Shown here: piece after piece, positions 22,168 through 30,972 of the stretch | Layout: every line of letters begins with the position of its first letter | How positions within the stretch are numbered: the stretch's first letter is position 1 | Assembly: GCA_035494735.1 (NCBI GenBank) | Contig: DATJGS010000042.1 | Span: 35,177-99,176 of the forward strand | DNA from: Candidatus Saccharimonadaceae bacterium | Lineage (GTDB): Bacteria > Eisenbacteria > RBG-16-71-46 | Direction: 5' to 3' | Length of the DNA: 64,000 nt | Program-made: the position numbers and the translations under genes | Notes under the pieces: generated by a model | Database searches by the model: none | What the model was told of the DNA's origin: nothing | The model's input: only the letters and a program-made list of their open reading frames with translations

Positions 22168-24078
22168 ATGAGCGAACCTTCGAAAGCCTCGTCTCACGTC
22201 AGCGAGCTGGAAGCCCGCGCGGTCGCGGAAGCCTCACGCGAGACCACGTGGGAGGCGCCGTCGTTCGTGCGCGAGTTGTTCCTCGGCCGGCTACAGCTCG
22301 ATCTGATCCATCCGTATCCCGAGCCCGACCCCGAAGAGCAACGCCGCGCCGCGGACTTCGTGGCGCGCATCGAGCGCTTCGTCACGGACGAAGTGGACGC
22401 CGAGCGGATCGAGCGCGAGGCGCGCATTCCTCAGGAGACCATCCAGCGCCTGCGCGAGCTGGGCGCGTTCGGCATCAAGATCCCGCGCGAGTATGGCGGG
22501 CTGGGTTTCTCGCAGTACACGTACGGCCGGACCATGGCGCTGATGGGCACGAAGAGCGGAGCGCTCGTCGCGCTGCTCTCGGCGCATCAGAGCATCGGCG
22601 TGCCTCAGCCGCTCAAGCTGTTCGGGACAGAGGAGCAGAAGAAGAAGTACCTGCCGCGCCTCGCGAAGGGCGCGATTTCCGCGTTCGCGCTGACCGAGGT
22701 CGACGTCGGCTCCGATCCGGCCCGCATGGCGGTGACGGCGACGCCGACGGCCGACGGCCTCGGCTACGAACTCGACGGCGACAAGTTGTGGTGCACGAAC
22801 GGCTCGATCGCCGAACTGCTCGTCGTCATGGCGCGCACGCCGGGCAAGGGCGGCAAGCCGGGTCCGATCAGCGCGTTCATCGTCGAGGCGTCGACGCCGG
22901 GCGTCGAGGTCGTGCACCGCTGCGAGTTCATGGGCATCCGCGGCATCGAGAACGCGCTGATGCGCTTCCATCGCGTGCGCGTGCCCAAGGAGAACCTGCT
23001 GTGGGGCGAGGGCAAGGGCCTGAAGCTCGCGCTCGTCACGCTGAACACGGGTCGTCTCACGCTGCCCGCGACGTGCGCGGCGTCGGGCAAGTGGTGCCTG
23101 CAGGTGGCGCGGCGCTTCGCGGCCGAGCGCGTGCAGTGGGGCCGACCGGTCGGCCAGCACGAAGCCGTGGCGCAGATGCTCACCGACATGGCCGCGCGCA
23201 CGTACGCGATGGAGGCCGTCGCCGATCTGGGAGCGCTGCTCGGCGACCGGGGCAAGAGCGATATCCGCCTCGAGGCCGCGATCGCCAAGCTGTGGAACAC
23301 GGACGTGGCGTGGGAGCTGTGCGACGAGGCGCTGCAGGTGCGCGGCGGCCGCGGCTACGAGACGGCGCGCTCGCTGGCCGCGCGCGGCGAGGCCGCGATT
23401 CCGCTCGAGCAGATGCTGCGCGACCTGCGCATCAATCGCATCTTCGAGGGCACGAACCAGGTCATGCGCCTGTTCATCGCCCGCGAAGCGCTGGACATGC
23501 ACCTGAAGGCCGCCGGCGACGTCGTCATGCCGGGCGTTCCGATCGGGCGCCGGCTGTCGGGCCTCGTGCGCGCCGGGTTGTTCTACGCGGCCTGGTACCC
23601 GACGCGCTGGCTGGGCTGGGGGCGCTGGCCGCAGTACGCGGAGTTCGGCGTGCTCGCGGAGCACGTGCGCTACGTCGAACGTGCGTCGCGCCGTCTCGCG
23701 CGGCAGCAGTTCCATCTCATGGCGCTGCACGGTCCGGCGCTCGAGAAACGCCAGGCGTTGCTGTTCCGCTGCGTCGACGTGGGCGCCGAGTTGTTCGCGA
23801 TGATCGCGACGTGCACGCGCGCGGTCCGCGACGCGCGCCAGGCGGGAGCGGACCGCACGCCGATCGAACTGGCCGACGTGTTCTGCCGTCTGTCGCGGCG
23901 CAAGATCGAGCGGCTGTTCGCCGAGATCCGCTCCAACGACGACACCGCGGTGTACGGCGTCGCGCGCGACATCCTCGAGCGGCGCTACGGCTGGCTCGAG
24001 AAGGGCATCGTGCCCGCCGAAGAGGCGCCGGCCAGCGCGCCGGCCCCACGCGAGCGCGAGGCGGCCGCGGGACTCTGA
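22168..24078 (+). CDS. Acyl-CoA dehydrogenase (long, VLCAD/ACAD9-like)
   Basis: [27 protein letters not shown] and [12 protein letters not shown] (catalytic Glu). ATG at 22159 is an alternative start. Confidence 0.92.
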   Translation: MSEPSKASSHVSELEARAVAEASRETTWEAPSFVRELFLGRLQLDLIHPYPEPDPEEQRRAADFVARIERFVTDEVDAERIEREARIPQETIQRLRELGAFGIKIPREYGGLGFSQYTYGRTMALMGTKSGALVALLSAHQSIGVPQPLKLFGTEEQKKKYLPRLAKGAISAFALTEVDVGSDPARMAVTATPTADGLGYELDGDKLWCTNGSIAELLVVMARTPGKGGKPGPISAFIVEASTPGVEVVHRCEFMGIRGIENALMRFHRVRVPKENLLWGEGKGLKLALVTLNTGRLTLPATCAASGKWCLQVARRFAAERVQWGRPVGQHEAVAQMLTDMAARTYAMEAVADLGALLGDRGKSDIRLEAAIAKLWNTDVAWELCDEALQVRGGRGYETARSLAARGEAAIPLEQMLRDLRINRIFEGTNQVMRLFIAREALDMHLKAAGDVVMPGVPIGRRLSGLVRAGLFYAAWYPTRWLGWGRWPQYAEFGVLAEHVRYVERASRRLARQQFHLMALHGPALEKRQALLFRCVDVGAELFAMIATCTRAVRDARQAGADRTPIELADVFCRLSRRKIERLFAEIRSNDDTAVYGVARDILERRYGWLEKGIVPAEEAPASAPAPREREAAAGL

Positions 24079-24098
24079 GATCGCCGGCGGCGGTGGAC

Positions 24099-24142
24099 GA
24101 CGGCCGCTCGAGGCATCGCGCCTCGGGCGGCCGTCCCGTTTT
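24099..24142 (+). terminator. Intrinsic terminator after the acyl-CoA dehydrogenase gene
   Basis: GACGGCCGCTCGAGGC / GCCTCGGGCGGCCGTC stem, followed by CCGTTTT. Confidence 0.65.
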
Positions 24143-24266
24143 CGCGCGCGTCGCGGGCGCGAACGGGCGTGGGAGGGGCAAATTCCCCGGACGAACGGCC
24201 CTCCTTTATAGAGGCGCGGGCCCCCGCGCCGCGAGCCGCGGGGGCCGGCGACCCGCAAACGCCGCA

Positions 24267-24295
24267 TTGCCCACCCGCGGCGGCTAAGGCAGAAT
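24267..24295 (+). promoter_or_regulatory. sigma70-like promoter for the ftsK operon
   Basis: TTGCCC-N17-CAGAAT. Confidence 0.45.
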
Positions 24296-24427
24296 GTCCC
24301 GCCAAAGCCCGCCAGGGAGGCGGGCGCTTCGCCTTCGCGCCACGGGCGCGACGCGAATCACGAGCCTGGGCACTTTCCCGCGTTCCCGGCGTCGTTCCAC
24401 ACCCCGCAAGGCAGCCCACCCACTCGC

Positions 24428-26692
24428 GTGGCCTCTTCCCTCTCCGAAAAGCGTCAGCGGCAGATCGTCGCGCTCCTGCTCGGGGCGTTCGCGGTACTGT
24501 CCCTCGCCAGTGTCGCCAGCTACCAGGCGCCGCTCCCGGGATTCGCGCCGTGGGCCTCGCCGAACGCGTGCGGCCCGGTCGGCGCGGCGCTCGCGTTCTC
24601 CGTGGTGTGGGGCGTGGGCCGGCTGGCTGCGTTCGGCGTTCCGTTGCTGGCCGGCGCGTGGAGTTGGAACCGATTCCGTGATCGGCCGATGGCGCCGATG
24701 GTCGTCAGTTCCGTGCTCGGCGTGCTCCTCGTGTTCGAGAGCTGCACGCTGCTCGGCTTGGGCGGCGCGGAACGCTGGGCGTGGGCCGGCGGGTGGGGCT
24801 TCGCCGCCTCGCTCGCGTTGCGCTCGGCGCTCGGCGGCGTCGGCTCGTGGATCGTGGCCGGCGCGCTGTTCGGCGTCACCGCGCTGGCCGCGAGCGAACT
24901 GGGCTTCCACTGGATCGGCAGGCTGGCGCACGGCACGCTCGTGCGCCCGGTCACGGGCTCGGCGGCATGGCTCGCGGCGTGGCGCGCGCGGCGCGCGGCT
25001 GAAGCGAAGAAGCCGCGCATCCAGCGGCCACGCACGGCGCGCGACGCGGCGCGCGCGCCGGCCAACGAGGCGCTCGCCCGCCCGCGCATGGCCGAGGCGC
25101 CGCGCATCGAGGTCGAGCCCGACGGCCAGACGCGGTTGCCCCTCACCGGGCTGCGCGAAACGAAGCCGAAGGCCAAGCCAAAGGCCGGGGCGAACGGTGC
25201 GGCCGTGCCGACCGAGGCGTTCCCGTCGCTGAGTCTGCTCGCCATGCCGACGCAACCCGAGGACCTGATCACGGCCGCGGATCTCACGGCCGAGGCGAAC
25301 CTGCTCACCGCCAAGCTCGCCGACTTCGGCGTCGTGGGCCGCGTCACCGAGATCCATCCCGGCCCGGTCGTGACCACGTTCGAGTTCGAGCCGGCGGCCG
25401 GGGTCAAGGTCAACTCGATCGTGTCGCGCGAGGACGATCTGGCGCTCGCGCTGCGCGCGCAGCGCATCCGCATCCTGGCGCCGATCCCGGGCAAGGGCGC
25501 GGTCGGCGTCGAGATTCCGAACCGCCGGCGGCGCACGGTGTATCTCCGGGAAGTCCTCAGCGCGTCCGCCTACGAGACCAGCGACGCGGCGCTCAAGGTG
25601 CCGCTCGGGGTGGACGTGGTCGGCCAGCCGTTCGTGGCCGATCTCACGAAGATGCCGCACGTGCTCGTGGCCGGCGCGACCGGGTCCGGCAAGAGCGTCT
25701 GCCTGAACGCCATCATTACCGGTCTCCTGTTCCAGCACGGACCCGACACGCTGCGCATGGTGATGGTGGATCCCAAGATGCTCGAGCTGTCCGCGTACAA
25801 CGGCATCCCGCATCTGGTCATGCCGGTCGTGACCGAGCCCAAGCGCGCGAGTCGCGCGCTGCGCTGGGCGGTCTCCGAAATGGAGAAGCGCTACAAGCTC
25901 ATGGCGACGTGCGGGGCGAGGAACATCGCGGCCTACAACGACAAGGTCGCGGCCGGCCTGGTGCCGACGGCGCCGGGCGCGGGCGGAGCGGAGCCGGCGC
26001 CGCCCGAGCGCCTGTCGTACGTGGTCGTGGTCATCGACGAACTGGCCGACCTCATGCTGACCGCGCCCGCCGAAATCGAAGAGCCGATCGCGCGCCTCGC
26101 GCAGATGGCGCGCGCGGTCGGCATCCACCTGGTGCTCGCGACGCAGCGACCGTCCGTCGACGTCATCACCGGCGTGATCAAGGCGAATTTCCCGTCGCGC
26201 ATCGCGTTCCAGGTCGCGAGCAAGACCGACTCGCGCACCGTGCTCGACATGAACGGCGCGGAGAATCTGCTGGGCCACGGCGACATGCTGTTCACGCCGG
26301 CCGGCAAGCCCGAGCCGTACCGCGTGCACGGCGCGTACGTCAGCGAAGAGGAGACGGCTCGCGTCGTCGAGTTCTGGCGCGCGAAGGCGAATCCGGCGGA
26401 GCCGGTGCCGCTGGCCACGGACGCGAGCATCGTGGATCGCGAAGAGGAACAGGAGGCCGCGCTCGGGGGCGAGGTGGACGACACCTTGATCGGCGAGGCG
26501 GCGCGCCTCGTCGTCAGCCATCAGCAGGGCTCGACGTCGCTGCTCCAGCGCCGGCTCAAGGTCGGCTACTCGCGCGCCGGACGGCTCATGGATCAGCTCG
26601 AGCAGCTCGGCGTCGTCGGCCCGTTCCAGGGCAGCAAGGCGCGCGACGTGCTGGTCGACGAGCGGTGGCTCTCGGATCGGGGATACGAGTGA
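24428..26692 (+). CDS. ftsK: DNA translocase FtsK/SpoIIIE
   Basis: N-terminal TM domain, GPVVTTFEFEPAAGVKV, MPHVLVAGATGSGKS (Walker A), LATQRPSVDVITG and gamma domain STSLLQRRLKVGYSRAGRLMDQLE. Confidence 0.96.
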   Translation: MASSLSEKRQRQIVALLLGAFAVLSLASVASYQAPLPGFAPWASPNACGPVGAALAFSVVWGVGRLAAFGVPLLAGAWSWNRFRDRPMAPMVVSSVLGVLLVFESCTLLGLGGAERWAWAGGWGFAASLALRSALGGVGSWIVAGALFGVTALAASELGFHWIGRLAHGTLVRPVTGSAAWLAAWRARRAAEAKKPRIQRPRTARDAARAPANEALARPRMAEAPRIEVEPDGQTRLPLTGLRETKPKAKPKAGANGAAVPTEAFPSLSLLAMPTQPEDLITAADLTAEANLLTAKLADFGVVGRVTEIHPGPVVTTFEFEPAAGVKVNSIVSREDDLALALRAQRIRILAPIPGKGAVGVEIPNRRRRTVYLREVLSASAYETSDAALKVPLGVDVVGQPFVADLTKMPHVLVAGATGSGKSVCLNAIITGLLFQHGPDTLRMVMVDPKMLELSAYNGIPHLVMPVVTEPKRASRALRWAVSEMEKRYKLMATCGARNIAAYNDKVAAGLVPTAPGAGGAEPAPPERLSYVVVVIDELADLMLTAPAEIEEPIARLAQMARAVGIHLVLATQRPSVDVITGVIKANFPSRIAFQVASKTDSRTVLDMNGAENLLGHGDMLFTPAGKPEPYRVHGAYVSEEETARVVEFWRAKANPAEPVPLATDASIVDREEEQEAALGGEVDDTLIGEAARLVVSHQQGSTSLLQRRLKVGYSRAGRLMDQLEQLGVVGPFQGSKARDVLVDERWLSDRGYE

Positions 26693-28140
26693 CGCGGTCC
26701 GCGGCTCCCACCTCGCGCCGCACGCCGCGCCCGTCGCGCGCCGCGCATGGCCGCGCGCGACCCGCTGAAGCGCCGGCCCTCGCTTTCGTGACGCTCGGCT
26801 GCCCGAAGAACACGGTCGACAGCGAGAACATGCTCGGGCTGCTCGTGCGCGACGGCTTCCGCACGGTCGGCGACGTGCGCGACGCGGACGTCGCGGTCAT
26901 CAACACGTGCGCGTTCCTGCAGAGTGCGGCGCGCGAATCGCGCGACATGATCGCGCGCGTCGCGGCCTGCAAGAAGGACGGGCGTCTGCGCGGCCTGATC
27001 GTGACCGGCTGTCTGGCGCAGCGCGCCGGCGCGCAGCTGCTCCACGAGTTTCCCGAGGTGGACGCCGTGCTCGGCACCGGCCAGTGGCGCGAAGTCGTCG
27101 GCGCGGCGCGTCACGTACTGGACGGCGACGGCGAACGCATCGCGCGCACGGAGTTCCCGGGCGGCGCGCTCGACGCGCTCAGCCCGCGCGCGCTGTCGAC
27201 GCCGCCGCATCTCGCGTACCTCAAGATCTCCGAGGGCTGCGACCATCGCTGCACGTTCTGCATCATCCCGCACCTGCGCGGCGATCAGAAGAGCCGCACG
27301 ATCGAGGACCTCGTCGCGGAGGCCGCGCGACTGGCCGCGGGCGGCGTGCGCGAGCTGAACCTGATCGGCCAGGACACGACCGGCTACGGCACGGACCTGG
27401 CCGATCGCCCGACGCTCGCCGACTTGCTCGAGGCGCTGGATCGCGTCGAGGGCCTCGACTGGATCCGCGTGCAGTACACGTACCCGCGCCTGTGGAGCGA
27501 TCGGCTGATCGAGACGTGGGCGCGCGCGCGCCGCGTCGTCCCGTACGTCGACATGCCGCTCCAGCACATCGCGCAGGACATGCTGCGCACGATGGCGCGG
27601 GCCATGACCGAGAAGGAGACGCGCGCGCTGGTCCGGCGCATCAAGGACGGCATCCCGGGCGTCGCGTTCCGCACGAACTTCATCGTCGGATTCCCCGGCG
27701 AGACCGACGCGCACTTCGAGACGCTGTGCCGCTACGTCGAGGAGGAGGGCTTCGACAACCTCGTGGTCTTCACGTACGAGCGGGAGCCCGAGACGCCGTC
27801 GTTCCACATGACGCCGCGCGTGCCGGTGGCGGTGCGCCGCCAGCGCCGCGCGCGGCTCCTCGCGCTGCAGCAGAGGCTGTCGCGCGAGCGTCTGGCGCGG
27901 CGGATCGGTGAGCGGATGACGGTCATGATTGACGGACCGGCCGGCCGAGGACAGTATGCCGCGCGCACCCGCGGGTCGGCCTACGACGTGGACGGGGGTG
28001 TGGTGGTCGAGGGCGAAGGGTTGGTGGCGGGGTCGCTGGTGGACGTGCGGATCACGGGCAGCGCGGCGTACGACTGGTTCGCACGGGTCGAGCCCGGCGA
28101 CGCGCGCCTTCCGCTCCTGAACGTGAAAGGAACGCGCTGA
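26689..28140 (+). CDS. rimO: Ribosomal protein S12 methylthiotransferase
   Basis: TLGCPKNTVDSE, INTCAF, TGCLAQR, radical-SAM motif EGCDHRCTFC and a C-terminal TRAM domain. Confidence 0.95.
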   Translation: MTRSAAPTSRRTPRPSRAAHGRARPAEAPALAFVTLGCPKNTVDSENMLGLLVRDGFRTVGDVRDADVAVINTCAFLQSAARESRDMIARVAACKKDGRLRGLIVTGCLAQRAGAQLLHEFPEVDAVLGTGQWREVVGAARHVLDGDGERIARTEFPGGALDALSPRALSTPPHLAYLKISEGCDHRCTFCIIPHLRGDQKSRTIEDLVAEAARLAAGGVRELNLIGQDTTGYGTDLADRPTLADLLEALDRVEGLDWIRVQYTYPRLWSDRLIETWARARRVVPYVDMPLQHIAQDMLRTMARAMTEKETRALVRRIKDGIPGVAFRTNFIVGFPGETDAHFETLCRYVEEEGFDNLVVFTYEREPETPSFHMTPRVPVAVRRQRRARLLALQQRLSRERLARRIGERMTVMIDGPAGRGQYAARTRGSAYDVDGGVVVEGEGLVAGSLVDVRITGSAAYDWFARVEPGDARLPLLNVKGTR

Positions 28141-28883
28141 TGCGGCGGTGGGCCTGTCTGGTCGCGACGATCGTGGTGGTGAGCGCCTCCCCGGCCGAGG
28201 CGAAGAAGTTCCGCTACGCGGGCGGGCCGACCGCCCCGGCCGACACGCTGGGCTGGCAGGCGCAAAGCGAATTCCAGCCGGTGATCGGCAGCCGCCGCCC
28301 GCGCGTGCCGCTCACGAACCTGCAGCTCACGAGCCTCGTCGCCGACACCGCGTTCACGCGCGCGCTGCGCTCGGCGCCGCTCGACAGCGGGTTGCGCGTC
28401 GTGCTCGCGCCGGCGGAGAGCCATCCCCTGAACTTCGTGGTCGAGCACGCGATCCTGCGCGACCTCGCGCGGCGCGGCGTGACCGCGACGGTGCGGCGCT
28501 CGATCATTCCCGACGACAGCGTGCACGCGGTGGGCGGGGCGGGCGAGCCGGTGTTGGAATACCAGCTGGCGACGGCGCGCGTCACGTACCTGCGCTTCGT
28601 CGGCTATCTGCCGGGGCGGGTCAAGATCGAGCGCCAGTCGCTCGTCGAGGGCGGGCTCACGCTGCGCGAGCCGGCGACCGCGTCGGTGCGCTGGGTGGCC
28701 GACGCCGGTTTCAACCTCGTGGATCGATTCCCGCGCGGGCAGACCTCGCTCGTCGAGGACGAGCGCTTCGCCGAGCTCAAGAGCCCGCTGCCCGACCGCA
28801 ACGCCGAGAAGGTCTTCGAGCCGGTCGTCGTGGTCGCGGTGGTCGGTGGACTGGTGGCCTTGTTCTTCCAGAATCGCCCGTGA
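28140..28883 (+). CDS. Hypothetical exported protein with C-terminal membrane anchor
   Basis: Overlaps both the rimO stop and the bamD start. Signal peptide (..VVVSASPAEA) and a hydrophobic tail VFEPVVVVAVVGGLVALFF. Confidence 0.75.
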   Translation: MRRWACLVATIVVVSASPAEAKKFRYAGGPTAPADTLGWQAQSEFQPVIGSRRPRVPLTNLQLTSLVADTAFTRALRSAPLDSGLRVVLAPAESHPLNFVVEHAILRDLARRGVTATVRRSIIPDDSVHAVGGAGEPVLEYQLATARVTYLRFVGYLPGRVKIERQSLVEGGLTLREPATASVRWVADAGFNLVDRFPRGQTSLVEDERFAELKSPLPDRNAEKVFEPVVVVAVVGGLVALFFQNRP

Positions 28884-29650
28884 CGCGACGCCACGGCTTC
28901 GCGTCCTGGACGCGCTTCGTGCTCGGGCTGCTGGCCGCCTCGGCGCTGGCCGGCTGCGCCGCCGGCGTGCTGCCGGCCGTGCATTCGGAGCGCGAGCGCC
29001 TCGACATCGCGCGGCGCATGGCGGCGCGCCGCGACTACACCGACGCGATCGAGATGTTGAAGACGTTCATCGCGAACAACGCGGGCAGCGCGGAAGCCGA
29101 CCATGCGATCTACCTGCTCGGCGACTGCTACCTGAAGCAGAAGGACTGGGCGCTCGGCGCGGTCGAATTCGAGCGCCTGACGCGCGACTATCCCGAGAGC
29201 GATTCCGCGGGATCCGCGTCGTTCCAGCTCGGCGTCGCGCTCTACGGACAGGCGCGCGAGCCCGACTTCGACCAGGACTTCACACGCCGCGCCGAGACCC
29301 AGTGGGAGAACTACCTGCACGCGTTCCCGGGCCACTGGCTGAACGCCGAGGCCGACCACCGCGTGCAGCTCGCGCGCATCCGGCTGGCCAACAAGCTCGC
29401 GAACACCGGACACCTGTACGTGAAACTGCACCAGCTCGAGCCGGCGCGCGTGTACTTCCATCGCGTGGAGACCGAGTACGCGGACACGCCCGTGCTGGGC
29501 GACGCGTGGATCGGGCTCGCGCTGTGCGACGCGCTCGAGAAGAAGCGCGACGCGGCCATCGCGCGCCTCAAGGACGTCGAGACGCGATTCGCCGGACGGC
29601 CGGTGGCGGCGCGCGCCGCGCGCGAGCGCGAGCGCCTGCAGAAGAAGTAG
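28880..29650 (+). CDS. bamD: Outer membrane protein assembly factor BamD (lipoprotein, TPR)
   Basis: Lipobox ALAGC, TPRs with FERLTRDYPES, and the PDFDQDFTRRA and RLANKLANTGHLY patterns typical of BamD. Confidence 0.85.
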   Translation: MTRRHGFASWTRFVLGLLAASALAGCAAGVLPAVHSERERLDIARRMAARRDYTDAIEMLKTFIANNAGSAEADHAIYLLGDCYLKQKDWALGAVEFERLTRDYPESDSAGSASFQLGVALYGQAREPDFDQDFTRRAETQWENYLHAFPGHWLNAEADHRVQLARIRLANKLANTGHLYVKLHQLEPARVYFHRVETEYADTPVLGDAWIGLALCDALEKKRDAAIARLKDVETRFAGRPVAARAARERERLQKK

Positions 29651-29658
29651 GAGGGCGC

Positions 29659-30243
29659 ATGCGGCGCGTCGGCGTGTTCGGTGGAACGTTCGATCCGCCG
29701 CACCTCGGGCACCTGATGCTGGCGGAGACCGCGCGCGAGAAACTGCGCCTCGACCGCGTCGTGTTCATGCCGGCCGGCACGCCTCCCCACAAGCACCGCC
29801 GCGACCTGTCGCCGGCCGAGCGGCGCATCGACATGACCCGGCTCGCCGTGCGCGGCCATCCGCAATTCGAGGTCTCGACGCTCGAGGCGCGCCGCGTCGG
29901 CCCGAGCTACACGGTGGACACGCTCGGCGCCCTGCACCGCCGAGCTCCGGACGCGAAACTGTACCTCCTCATGGGCGGCGACAGCCTCGACGACTTCTCG
30001 ACGTGGCACGACCCGCAGCGCATCCTCGAGCTGGCGACGCTCGTCGCGCATCCGCGCCCCGGCGCGCGCGGGGCCCGGCGCTCGCGCGCGGGCGTGCTGT
30101 GGCTGAACGGTCCGGAGTTGGACGTGTCCTCGAGCATGATCCGCGCGCGGCTGCGCGCCGGCGGCTCCGTGCGCTACTTGCTGCCCGACGCGGTCGAACG
30201 CTACGCGCGCCGCCACCGCCTGTACCGGCCGAGGCGCGCGTGA
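29659..30243 (+). CDS. nadD: Nicotinate-nucleotide adenylyltransferase
   Basis: GVFGGTFDPPHLGH, PSYTVDTL, LLMGGDS and DVSSSMIR. Confidence 0.95.
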   Translation: MRRVGVFGGTFDPPHLGHLMLAETAREKLRLDRVVFMPAGTPPHKHRRDLSPAERRIDMTRLAVRGHPQFEVSTLEARRVGPSYTVDTLGALHRRAPDAKLYLLMGGDSLDDFSTWHDPQRILELATLVAHPRPGARGARRSRAGVLWLNGPELDVSSSMIRARLRAGGSVRYLLPDAVERYARRHRLYRPRRA

Positions 30244-30965
30244 ACTATCGCCCGCGGGAGTTCTGGGACGAGCGGCTGCGCCAGCAGTTCGACCTGCGCG
30301 GCACCGGCGAGACCGGGCTGTCGCTCGCGTACAATGAGGCGTGCTACGCGCTGCGCCGCGACGTGCTGGATCGCGCGCTGGCGCGCGCCGGCGTGGATCC
30401 GCGCGGGCGGCGCGTGCTCGACGTGGGGTGCGGCACGGGCTTCTTCACGGCGCACTACCTGGGGCGCGGCGCCCACGTCACGGGGCTCGACATCGCGCCC
30501 ACGTCGATCGAACGGCTGCGCGCGCGACACCCGGAGGCGCGCTTCCTCCTGGCCGACGTGAGCGAGGCCGAGCTCGAGGAGACGTTCGACATCGTGAACG
30601 CGTTCGACGTGCTGTACCACATCACCGACGACGCGCGCTGGGCGACGGCGGTGACGCACCTGGCGCGCGCGGTCGCGCCGGGCGGGACGCTGCTCGTCAC
30701 CGACACGTTCGCGTCGCTCGGCGGTCAGGCCGAGCACAATCGCATGCGACCGCTGTCGCGCTATGCGGAGCTCCTGGCGCGCGAGCGCGTCGAGCCGGGG
30801 CCGCTCCATCCGACGCACGTCCTGTTGAACCGCGAGTTGGGGCCGTTCCGGTTCCTGAACCGTGCGCCCCAGCTCCTGCTCGCCGCCGATCGCGTCCTGC
30901 TCGCGGCGGGCTTCGGCATGGACCCGGTGGTGAGCAAGCTGCTCGTCGCCCATCGGGCGCGCTGA
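30240..30965 (+). CDS. Class I SAM-dependent methyltransferase
   Basis: RVLDVGCGTG and FDIVNAFDVLYHI. GTGA overlap with nadD. Confidence 0.85.
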   Translation: MNYRPREFWDERLRQQFDLRGTGETGLSLAYNEACYALRRDVLDRALARAGVDPRGRRVLDVGCGTGFFTAHYLGRGAHVTGLDIAPTSIERLRARHPEARFLLADVSEAELEETFDIVNAFDVLYHITDDARWATAVTHLARAVAPGGTLLVTDTFASLGGQAEHNRMRPLSRYAELLARERVEPGPLHPTHVLLNRELGPFRFLNRAPQLLLAADRVLLAAGFGMDPVVSKLLVAHRAR

Positions 30966-30972
30966 GGCGGCC

